29,474 nucleotides of DNA from Candidatus Bipolaricaulota bacterium. Lineage in GTDB: Bacteria > Bipolaricaulota > Bipolaricaulia > M55B111. The first letter of the stretch is position 1; every line of letters starts with the position of its first letter. The notes below the pieces were generated by a model. It had not been told where the DNA came from, ran no database searches, and worked only from the letters and a program-made list of their open reading frames with translations. Positions 10,501 through 17,221 of this stretch are shown in pieces. The stretch lies in assembly GCA_018334595.1 (NCBI GenBank), contig JAGXLQ010000001.1, positions 1 through 29,474 of the forward strand, given 5' to 3'. The translations under genes and the position numbers were made by a program.

Positions 10501-11011
10501 CAAGAACGGTTCAGCCTGGCTGGCAGGGCGTATCAGCGAGATAAATCAGATAAACACGAGAAAGGGCGACCCGATGGCCTTCTTTACGATCTCCGACGGT
10601 TACGGAGAACAGGAACTCGTTGCCTTTCCGGAAGTCTTTCAAAAGTCGAGCTCGTTACTCGTAGATGACAACATCCTGGTGATAAAGGCAAAGATCGGTG
10701 AAAGGAATGGGAACCAACAGCTGATTGCGAGCAAGTTGTTCTCGATTGAGGACGCTTGGGAAAAACTGAAGAAGGAACTTGAACTGGTAGTGAACGCCAA
10801 TTTGATTCACGATGAATCGTTCGACAGGTTACGCGATCTAGTAGACGAGGGTGATACCCCCGTCTACTTCAAGCTGTGCGATGAGGGGACTGATAGGTAC
10901 GTCGTCGTCAAATCCGGCAGCCAATTCCGGATCAAGGTCGACAGGGACCTCTTACATGATCTCAGGGAACTGGAAGAGGTAACCGACGTGAAGATATCAC
11001 CTACAGGGTAA
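7592..11011 (+). CDS. dnaE: DNA polymerase III alpha subunit
   Basis: PHP motifs HLHVHSNYSLLD, TDHGN, NDVHY; GRGSAASS; catalytic PDIDIDF; GLLKMDFLGLRNLT; FNKSHSTAY; C-terminal OB fold. No intein is evident (1139 aa). Confidence 0.98.
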   Translation: MDFVHLHVHSNYSLLDSTNKIEELLEKTKEKDMSSIALTDHGNIRGVIRFYDKAKEIGVKPILGSELYVAPGSRFTKQGKDQGDEKYFHLVVLAKDAGGYRNLVKLSSKAFTEGFYYKPRVDNELLEEYSDGLIALSACKSGEVPKKLLRNDRQGALESARRLSAIFGEDDFFIELQDQGVEGQEELNEKLIDVAEELDLGIVATNDVHYPEAEDRLAHEVLLNIKANKKITDEDRMRYEGEEYYLKSPEEMWERFSHLPEAIENTVEIADRCNVELDFGEEYLLPPFEVPEGYDASGEYLRELVEEGAKDRWGEITDKIQDRIDHELSIIGEMGYPTYFLIVRDFIRFARDNDIPVGPGRGSAASSVVAYTLGITDIDPLEHELLFERFLNPGRVSMPDIDIDFCMEGRDRVIKYVVDKYGEDHVAQIATFDTMAARSSIRDVARVLDIPYDDADQIAKAIPPGTSLDEAMESVPDFTEKYNANETYRQLFDIARKLEGLFRNASTHAAGVVIAPGKLTNYAPLQRLSDGEIVTQYDMEVLEDIGLLKMDFLGLRNLTIIDKAFNLIEKAEGEELTLADIPENDEKTFELLKRGDTIGVFQLESEGMQGLMKRLEPEEFEDIIAANALYRPGPLESGMTEDYIKRKHGNQEVTYPHPELQGVLDETYGLPIYQEQIMQMAQELAGFSLPEADTLRVAMGKKKKKVMAQLKEKFIQGCIDNDISEEKAKNLFADIDKFSRYGFNKSHSTAYARISYSTAWLKANHSAAYMSSLLTSVGGNEDKVEKYIKDCEDMGIKVLPPDVNESYLEFSPTPDGNIRFGLEAVKYVGSEPARAIVESRGEGYSSFLGLCQRVGGSLNKEALESLIRVGAFDRFGTRKYLLSQIQKGLEIGGISANQKKSGQKSFFDQGVSFKEETKDKEQMEEFPRAQCLRMEKEYLGVYISGDPLEEHRTELESFSCCNLDELPTNSKNGSAWLAGRISEINQINTRKGDPMAFFTISDGYGEQELVAFPEVFQKSSSLLVDDNILVIKAKIGERNGNQQLIASKLFSIEDAWEKLKKELELVVNANLIHDESFDRLRDLVDEGDTPVYFKLCDEGTDRYVVVKSGSQFRIKVDRDLLHDLRELEEVTDVKISPTG

Positions 11012-12294
11012 TGAAGAGAAAAGAGATGGATTGGAAGGGAATATTTAAGTGGTTTTATCCGGGAATGAAGGTGAAGCGTTGGGGACTGCTGGTGCTCCTC
11101 TCCGCGATATTATTTGGCTTTTCAATATTGCTTCTCGTGGGGAGAGACTGGGTAGGCCTAGTTTACAACACCCTTCTTTCCCAACCGGCTTACTATTACC
11201 TGGCCGCCTCCCTCGGCCTTCTGGCTGGCGTTATTGGTCTGATCTGGGGAGTAAATCGTGTTACACACTCGATTACGACGGTTATCAAGCCACCGAGTCG
11301 TTCCACCTCCGATATCATCTGGCAAAGCCGTCTCCTCGACAAAGGCGTCAAAGTCGTAGCCGTGGGTGGAGGTACCGGCCTCTCCGTTCTCTTACGTGGG
11401 CTAAAGAAACATACTGCCAACATAACTGCTATTGTCACGGTAATGGACGACGGGGGTAGCTCTGGTAGGCTTCGGAAGGAGATGAATATGCTCCCCCCCG
11501 GCGACATCAGAAACTGTTTGATCGCACTTGCAGACGACGAATCGAAGATGAGCAGGGTATTTCAGCACCGGTTCCATGACGGGGCTGGGCTCGGAGGTCA
11601 CTCCCTGGGGAACCTAATTATAGCGGGGATGGAGCAGATTGAGGGGGGATTTGACCTCGCGATAGAGGAGACTAGCAACCTGTTGAACATTAGAGGGAGG
11701 GTGGTACCCTCAACTTTGAAGAACACCCACATCGTGGCCACGCTGGAAGGAGGAAAGGTGGTGACGGGTGAGAGCAGTCTCCATAAACACCCGGAGAGGA
11801 TTGAGAGGATAACGCTAGCCGAACCCGCCGCTCCCTATTCCCAGGCGGTGGAGGCCATTGAGGGTGCAGACGTGATTATTCTTGGGCCGGGCAGCCTATA
11901 TACGTCAATTATCCCCAACATGTTGGTTGACGGTATCCCCGAAGCTATAGAAGGATCCCCGGCGACTAAGTACTACGTAACCAACGTGATGACCGAACCG
12001 GGAGAGACCGATGGGATGTCCGCCTGTGACCACCTCGGGGCGCTCAACTCCTATATAGAGGTCTCTTGCCTTGATTATGGCATCGTAAACACCGGTGACG
12101 TCGATAGGGACATTCTGGTTAGGTACGTGGAGGAAGGGTCGGGGCTTGTGGAAGCCGACCTTGGGTCCGATAATAAGTACGGTTTGAAGTTAATTGAAGG
12201 TGACTTGATAGAGCTGGTGAAACTGGAGGGGAAACAGACGGTCAAGCACAACCACGAGCATTTGGCCACATTAATCCTCGATAGTTGCCAATAG
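11011..12294 (+). CDS. YvcK/UPF0052 (gluconeogenesis factor, CofD-like) protein with N-terminal membrane segment
   Basis: VAVGGGTGLS, TVMDDGGSSG, PPGDIRNCL, GHSLGNL, LGPGSLYTSIIPN, NVMTEPGET; N-terminal WFYPGMKVKRW plus two TM helices. TAATG overlap with the dnaE stop. Confidence 0.92.
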   Translation: MKRKEMDWKGIFKWFYPGMKVKRWGLLVLLSAILFGFSILLLVGRDWVGLVYNTLLSQPAYYYLAASLGLLAGVIGLIWGVNRVTHSITTVIKPPSRSTSDIIWQSRLLDKGVKVVAVGGGTGLSVLLRGLKKHTANITAIVTVMDDGGSSGRLRKEMNMLPPGDIRNCLIALADDESKMSRVFQHRFHDGAGLGGHSLGNLIIAGMEQIEGGFDLAIEETSNLLNIRGRVVPSTLKNTHIVATLEGGKVVTGESSLHKHPERIERITLAEPAAPYSQAVEAIEGADVIILGPGSLYTSIIPNMLVDGIPEAIEGSPATKYYVTNVMTEPGETDGMSACDHLGALNSYIEVSCLDYGIVNTGDVDRDILVRYVEEGSGLVEADLGSDNKYGLKLIEGDLIELVKLEGKQTVKHNHEHLATLILDSCQ

Positions 12295-12350
12295 AGATAT
12301 CGGTTCGAGTGTTTGAACAGCCCCATAATTGATAGAAGGTGAGGTATTTA

Positions 12351-14183
12351 ATGAATGATTCCCGGGAAAAGTATATCCCCGATCTGAGCGTGATAGTAGA
12401 CGGAGGCATCACTGAGCTAGTCTCAACGAGGCAGTTGCAAGGGGTAGAGGTTGTCGTACCCGAGGTCGTAGTCCTTGAACTGGAAGCCGAAGCGACGAAC
12501 GGTCAGGAAACTGGATACAAGGGTTTGAACGAGTTAAAGAAGCTGAGGGAATTCTGCGAGGAGGGTCTAATTGACCTGAAGTTCGAGGGCGCGGAGGACC
12601 TGAGTCCTGCCCCACCAGGCCCGAAGGGGTTGGATCCGGTAATCAGAGGCCTAGCTCAGCGACTTCACGGTACGCTGATTACGAACAACAAAATTCAAGC
12701 CTCAATTGCTCGCAGCAAGGGGTTGTCCGTGCAACTGCACCGGCCGCGAGGGAAGGATACGGAAAAGAGTTTAGAGGGGTTGGAACTGCTGGATTACTTC
12801 GATGAGACGACTATGTCCGTTCACCTTCGCGCGGATACGGTACCACGCGCCAAGATGGGTACACCGGATTCGGTCCAACTCGAGTCGATAAGCGAAAAGA
12901 AGCTCAGTTCTGAGCGACTGGAACAGCTGACTGAAGAAATAGTTGAGGTTGCTGATGTCCACCCTGCCGGCTTTATCGAGATGGATTCGGGTGGCGCGTC
13001 GGTAGTTCAGCTGGGCAATATTCGTATAGCGATAGCCAAGCCGCCTTTTTCCGATGCGATAGAGATTACGGCTACCCGTCCGGTCAAGAAGACGACGATT
13101 GCCGACTACTCCTATTCCGAGCTCATAGAGAGCAGGTTACAGCAATCACACCGTGGCGTGCTGGTTGCCGGCGCTCCGGGGATGGGAAAATCAACTCTGG
13201 TGCAGGCTCTGTCGGAGTTCCTTCGGGATTCCGGTTGGATCGTCAAGACCATGGAAAAGCCTCGTGACCTGGACGTTTCTCCGGAGATAAGTCAGTACCG
13301 TGATTTGAACGGGGAGATGGCGGATACGGCGGAAATACTCCTGTTGACCCGGCCTGACTACACGATTTTTGATGAGATGAGGCAGACCTCCGACTTCGAG
13401 GTCTTTGCCGACCTCCGCATGTCGGGCGTTGGCCTGGTTGGGGTAGTTCACGCGACCAAGGCCATTGATTCGTTACAGCGCCTTGTGGGCAGGGTAGAAC
13501 TCGGAATGATCCCTCAAATCGTGGATACCGTTTTGCACGTGGATGGGGGAGATATCAAGAAGGTGTTCGACGTTGAGATGACTGTAAAGACACCATCAGG
13601 TATGGAGCAGGGTGACCTATCCAGGCCGGTCATCGAGGTCCGGGATTTCGAAACCGGAAGTCTGAGCTACGAGATCTATACGTTCGGAGAACAGGTAGTA
13701 GTCATTCCCCTGGAAGGCCAGGAGCAGAACAGAATCTGGGACTTTGCGACGTCGGGACTGGAGGATCAGCTGGCCCAGGAGTTGCCATTTGACTTCGACC
13801 TGGAAATAAGATCCAACAACCGTATAGCGATTTACGTGGCCGATCACCACGTACCCGCGGTCCTCGGTCATGGAGGGAAGAGGGTAGATGCCCTTGAAAA
13901 AAAGGTGGGACTTCACATTGACGTGAGGACCTTCGCCGAGAGAGAGAGTTCTTCGCCTACTTCACCTGACTTCCGGGTCAAAAATTCTGACGAGTACCTG
14001 CTGCTGAATTTTGACCCTTCCTTCAGCAACGAGGAGATAGAGATATCGATTAACGGGGAACGCGTCTTCTCCGGAGCGGTATCCAAGAAAGGACGGATTA
14101 AGCTGACCAAGGATACTCACCAGGCAAGACGGATAAAGAAGGCGCAACGTGAAGGGGATAAGATTACAGTCAACAAGCTCTAG
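12351..14183 (+). CDS. PIN domain - ATPase - KH domain protein (archaeal PINA / COG1855-like)
   Basis: PIN-like N-terminus (IPDLSVIVDG, VPEVVVLELE), Walker A GAPGMGKST, KTMEKPRDL, Walker B YTIFDEMR, GVGLVGVVHA, RVELGMIPQIVDT, KH GxxG (VLGHGGKRVDALEKKVGLHIDV). ATG 12351 follows GAGGT. Confidence 0.85.
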   Translation: MNDSREKYIPDLSVIVDGGITELVSTRQLQGVEVVVPEVVVLELEAEATNGQETGYKGLNELKKLREFCEEGLIDLKFEGAEDLSPAPPGPKGLDPVIRGLAQRLHGTLITNNKIQASIARSKGLSVQLHRPRGKDTEKSLEGLELLDYFDETTMSVHLRADTVPRAKMGTPDSVQLESISEKKLSSERLEQLTEEIVEVADVHPAGFIEMDSGGASVVQLGNIRIAIAKPPFSDAIEITATRPVKKTTIADYSYSELIESRLQQSHRGVLVAGAPGMGKSTLVQALSEFLRDSGWIVKTMEKPRDLDVSPEISQYRDLNGEMADTAEILLLTRPDYTIFDEMRQTSDFEVFADLRMSGVGLVGVVHATKAIDSLQRLVGRVELGMIPQIVDTVLHVDGGDIKKVFDVEMTVKTPSGMEQGDLSRPVIEVRDFETGSLSYEIYTFGEQVVVIPLEGQEQNRIWDFATSGLEDQLAQELPFDFDLEIRSNNRIAIYVADHHVPAVLGHGGKRVDALEKKVGLHIDVRTFAERESSSPTSPDFRVKNSDEYLLLNFDPSFSNEEIEISINGERVFSGAVSKKGRIKLTKDTHQARRIKKAQREGDKITVNKL

Positions 14184-14188
14184 GGCGG

Positions 14189-15658
14189 TTACCCCTTAAC
14201 GACTATTATCGGTTTGAGCTTGGCCACTTTTGGTGTCAGTCCATTGGTGTCGACAGAATCAACCACCCTGTCCACGTCCTTGTAAGCACCGGGAGCCTCC
14301 TCTGCCAGTCCGGGGTAGGAGTGCGATTTTACTACTATTCCCCTCGACCTGAGAGACGTCTCCACGTCCTCACCCCAGAATTTCGACTTGGCCTTCTTGC
14401 GAGACATCGCCCTCCCTGCACCGTGAATCCCGCTGCCGAACGTCATTTTCATTGCCGTCTCCGTTCCCCGTAGGACGTAGGAGGATGACCCCATCGTCCC
14501 CCCGACGAGTACCGGCCCGCCGACTCCTCTGTAGGCCTTGGGTAACTCTTTGCGCCCCGGCCCGAACGCCCGCGTGGCCCCCTTTCTGTGGACCAGTAAT
14601 CGTTGTTGGACTCCGTTCACGGTGTGGTCTTCGACCTTGGCGGTGTTGTGGCCCACTTCGTAGACGGTCCTTATCTCCTGTGGTGGGATGTCGACGACCC
14701 GTGAGAACCCCCGGCGTGCCAGTCCGGCCAGGACCTGGCGGTTGGCAAAGGCGCAGTTCATTCCACATCTCATGGCGCTCAGGTATTCTCTCCCCTCGGG
14801 GCTGTCTATCGGTGCGGATACCAACTCCCGTTCCTCGATCGGGAGGTCGTATTTTTTGCTGGCGTCCTTCAGTTTGGAGAGGTAGTCCTGCCCTATTTGA
14901 TGACCGAGGGCCCGGGAGCCCGTATGTATTGATATGACTATTTGACCCTCGTGTAAGCCGTAAGTGTCCCCGGCCTCCCGGTCGTAAATTTCCTTTACCT
15001 CCTGTACTTCCAGGTAGTGATTGCCTGAACCGAGGGTCCCCACCTGTTTAAATTGACGCTGTTTGGCGCGCCGGCTGACGTTTTTCGGGTCCGCTCCGTC
15101 GATCCGCCCGTTTTCCTCTACATATTCAAGGTCGTCTTCGATCCCGTAACCGATTTCCAACCCGAACCTAGCTCCCTGGACGAGCGCCTTATCTATCTCC
15201 TCGATCGAAAGGTTGATTTCGCCTTCGGACCCAAGTCCTGCGGGGACCGTCCTGTAAAGGGTGTCTGCCAGTTTGTCCTTGACCTTGGTTACGTCACGGA
15301 CTTCTAGAGGGGTCCTCAGTAAACGGACGCCGCAGTTGATGTCAAACCCCACGCCACCGGCAACGACTACTCCGTCCTCCACGTCGAATGCCCCTACGCC
15401 GCCAATCGGGAATCCATAACCGGGGTGGATGTCTGCCAGGCCGATGGACGCGGAGACGATACCCGGAAGGGAAGCCACGTTTATCAGTTGCTCCAGCGAA
15501 CTCCATTGGTCCTCTTGTCGATACTCAGCGAGGAGTCCTTTAGCGGAATCCCGGTCGACAAACAACCTGCCGGGAACGTTCATCTTCCCGAACTCCTCGA
15601 TTTCCCAGGTGTTCTTGTCCAGCTCCTTCAGACTAATCTCTTGTCCGTTCAACGTCAT
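14189..15658 (-). CDS. rtcB: RNA 2',3'-cyclic/3'-phosphate ligase RtcB, long archaeal/eukaryal-type form
   Basis: DIHPGYGFPIGG, GFDINCGVR, GTLGSGNHYLE, IHTGSR, HNTAK, HRKGATRA, HGAGR (nucleophile His), EEAPGAYKD, VVKG terminus. The true start may be TTG 15652, which has better spacing to GGAGG. Confidence 0.96.
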   Translation of the reverse strand: MTLNGQEISLKELDKNTWEIEEFGKMNVPGRLFVDRDSAKGLLAEYRQEDQWSSLEQLINVASLPGIVSASIGLADIHPGYGFPIGGVGAFDVEDGVVVAGGVGFDINCGVRLLRTPLEVRDVTKVKDKLADTLYRTVPAGLGSEGEINLSIEEIDKALVQGARFGLEIGYGIEDDLEYVEENGRIDGADPKNVSRRAKQRQFKQVGTLGSGNHYLEVQEVKEIYDREAGDTYGLHEGQIVISIHTGSRALGHQIGQDYLSKLKDASKKYDLPIEERELVSAPIDSPEGREYLSAMRCGMNCAFANRQVLAGLARRGFSRVVDIPPQEIRTVYEVGHNTAKVEDHTVNGVQQRLLVHRKGATRAFGPGRKELPKAYRGVGGPVLVGGTMGSSSYVLRGTETAMKMTFGSGIHGAGRAMSRKKAKSKFWGEDVETSLRSRGIVVKSHSYPGLAEEAPGAYKDVDRVVDSVDTNGLTPKVAKLKPIIVVKG

Positions 15659-15672
15659 ACCTCCCGATTTAT

Positions 15673-16098
15673 CTACACGTCAACCACGAATACGCACGAC
15701 CACTCGTCGGGGTCCGGACTCGTTACTTCCAGACCCTGGTAGGTAATTCCTTTTACCTCAGTACCGAGGGAATGCCTTGACGGATCGATCTCCTCCCCCC
15801 TCAGGCGCCCGTGCAGCGTCAATCTGTCTGCGGTTTTCTCTACCTCAAGGTCGAACTCGGAGTAAACCGTCATTTGCAGTTGGCTTAGGGAGAGCAACTC
15901 CCCTAACCACTCGTAAAGCAGATCCTCCTCGTCTTCGCCCTCTACTGTCAGTCGTTCTTCTGTTGACTTCCTTACTCCTTCCAGGTCGGCCATGAGGCTA
16001 AACAAGGCCCTTGCCGCGCTGGCAAGAAGGCCTGTAAAGGTTTGCGCCCGTGCCCGGACCCCGACGTCGGCGCCGTGATCCAGGTACTCGTAATTCAC
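15673..16098 (-). CDS. Archease (RtcB activator, SHS2 family)
   Basis: YEYLDHGADVG, EDLLYEWLGELL, EVKGITY, C-terminal VVDV. It lies 14 nt upstream of rtcB; its GTG start overlaps the thpR stop (GTGA). Confidence 0.92.
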   Translation of the reverse strand: MNYEYLDHGADVGVRARAQTFTGLLASAARALFSLMADLEGVRKSTEERLTVEGEDEEDLLYEWLGELLSLSQLQMTVYSEFDLEVEKTADRLTLHGRLRGEEIDPSRHSLGTEVKGITYQGLEVTSPDPDEWSCVFVVDV

Positions 16099-16667
16099 CT
16101 GTCCTCTCCTTGCAGGGGGAGTTTAAACAAGGGTGTGTAAACTGGTCCATCCCTTCTTAGTTCGCTTTCCATAAGCGTCAACTCGTCTATTTCCACCTCC
16201 CAGTTCTCTCCCACGGAAAAAGATTCGAGTTCTCGTCCCATTTCCTTGATCCTGCCATTATTTTTCTCCTTGGTCCTTCCCAGCGTGATATGAGGTATGT
16301 AGTCCCTCTCCTCCGGGTCGAAGCCCAGACCGGCCATCTCTTCCTCCAGGTCCGCGTATAGGGAGTGTATTTCCGCTGGCTCCGAACTGCTCCCAAGCCA
16401 GATGACTTTCGGGTAGCTTACTTTGGGAAAAGACCCAAGTTTGTCGATCTCCATGGTGAAGGCGGGGTTGTGGTCCGCGGGGGCCTTTGCCGCCTCCTCA
16501 ATTTCGTCTACGCGGGAGGGCTCCACCTCTCCGAGGAACTTGAGCGTTACATGAAGGTTGGCGGGGTCGACCCACTTTACGTATGCCGGTTGGTAGATAT
16601 CTTCGGATAGCTTTGCCATCCGTTTTCTTGTCTCTTCCGGGATTTCCAGACAAAAGAAGGTTCGCAT
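16095..16667 (-). CDS. thpR: RNA 2',3'-cyclic phosphodiesterase (2H phosphoesterase, ThpR/LigT family)
   Basis: MRTFFCL start, two HxT motifs (LHVTLKFLG, PHITLGR), GSFP, MESEL...GPVY. ATG 16667 is preceded by AGGTG. Confidence 0.92.
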   Translation of the reverse strand: MRTFFCLEIPEETRKRMAKLSEDIYQPAYVKWVDPANLHVTLKFLGEVEPSRVDEIEEAAKAPADHNPAFTMEIDKLGSFPKVSYPKVIWLGSSSEPAEIHSLYADLEEEMAGLGFDPEERDYIPHITLGRTKEKNNGRIKEMGRELESFSVGENWEVEIDELTLMESELRRDGPVYTPLFKLPLQGEDR

Positions 16668-16775
16668 TATTACCACCTGTTATTGATCAGAAACTATCAT
16701 CACTGGTAGTTACGGTATTGAATATGGTCGTAGGTTTCAACGTATTAACGGTTGGTGGATCAACTTTTGTGAGAT

Positions 16776-17040
16776 ACCATGCAACCCGCCTCGAAATTGC
16801 TTGCCTGGCGTTACCTGGGCAGTTAGCTCTGATCAAGCTACCTCCTGACACCCACAGAGGTCTATTTACCGCTGCTCCCTTCCAGGCCTGACGGGATTTG
16901 TAGACTTGTGCCGCAGAAGACTCGACCGTCAACACCACTTTTCCAGGTCCAGTCCCAAACAACCAACTCCTCAGCAGGCATATCGGCTCCCCTATAGCGG
17001 ATTGAGGAAACGGGGACCGCTAGCCCCCACCTAGCATGGC
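16776..17040 (-). ncRNA. ffs: Signal recognition particle RNA, large bacterial (Alu-domain-containing) type
   Basis: SRP54-binding helix CCCGUCAGGCCU-GGAA-GGGAGCAGCGGUA (16895-16867). The Alu domain has complementary loops AGCGG/CCGCU. Blocks AAGUGGUGUUGACG and GAGCUAACUGC...GUAACGC resemble Bacillus scRNA as I recall it. The terminal helix pairs 5' GCCAUGC with 3' GCAUGGU; about 265 nt. Confidence 0.93.
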
Positions 17041-17128
17041 TGGCGGAGGGGGTGGGATTTGAACCCACGGAACCTCTCGGTTCACCGGTACTCCAAACCG
17101 GCGGTTTTGGCCGCTCGCCCACCCCTCC
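17041..17128 (-). tRNA. tRNA-Ser (anticodon GGA), CCA encoded
   Basis: Acceptor GGAGGGG/CCCCTCC, discriminator G, CCA; anticodon stem CCGGT/ACCGG with loop TTGGAGT; long variable arm GAACC-GAGA-GGTTC; T arm GTGGG-TTCAAAT-CCCAC. Confidence 0.93.
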
Positions 17129-17152
17129 TTATTGTCTAATTTCTGCCGATAA

Positions 17153-17181
17153 AGGTTAAGCTAGAAAAGCCTCCCGTGCAA
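17153..17181 (-). promoter_or_regulatory. Promoter for tRNA-Ser/SRP RNA (and possibly thpR-archease-rtcB)
   Basis: TTGCAC (17181-17176), 17 nt, TAACCT (17158-17153), giving a leader of about 18 nt before the tRNA. Confidence 0.65.
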
Positions 17182-17221
17182 ACCTGTTAAACCAGTGTTT
17201 CATGGCCCCACCGGAGGGTAA

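Noticed and set aside
7592-15658. Inteins in DnaE or RtcB, both known intein hosts
   Set aside because: Lengths are normal, motifs are contiguous and no intein terminal or LAGLIDADG motifs are visible.
16583-17122. ORFs 16583-16891, 16687-16962 and 16862-17122
   Set aside because: They overlap the SRP RNA and tRNA genes and have no recognisable protein motifs.
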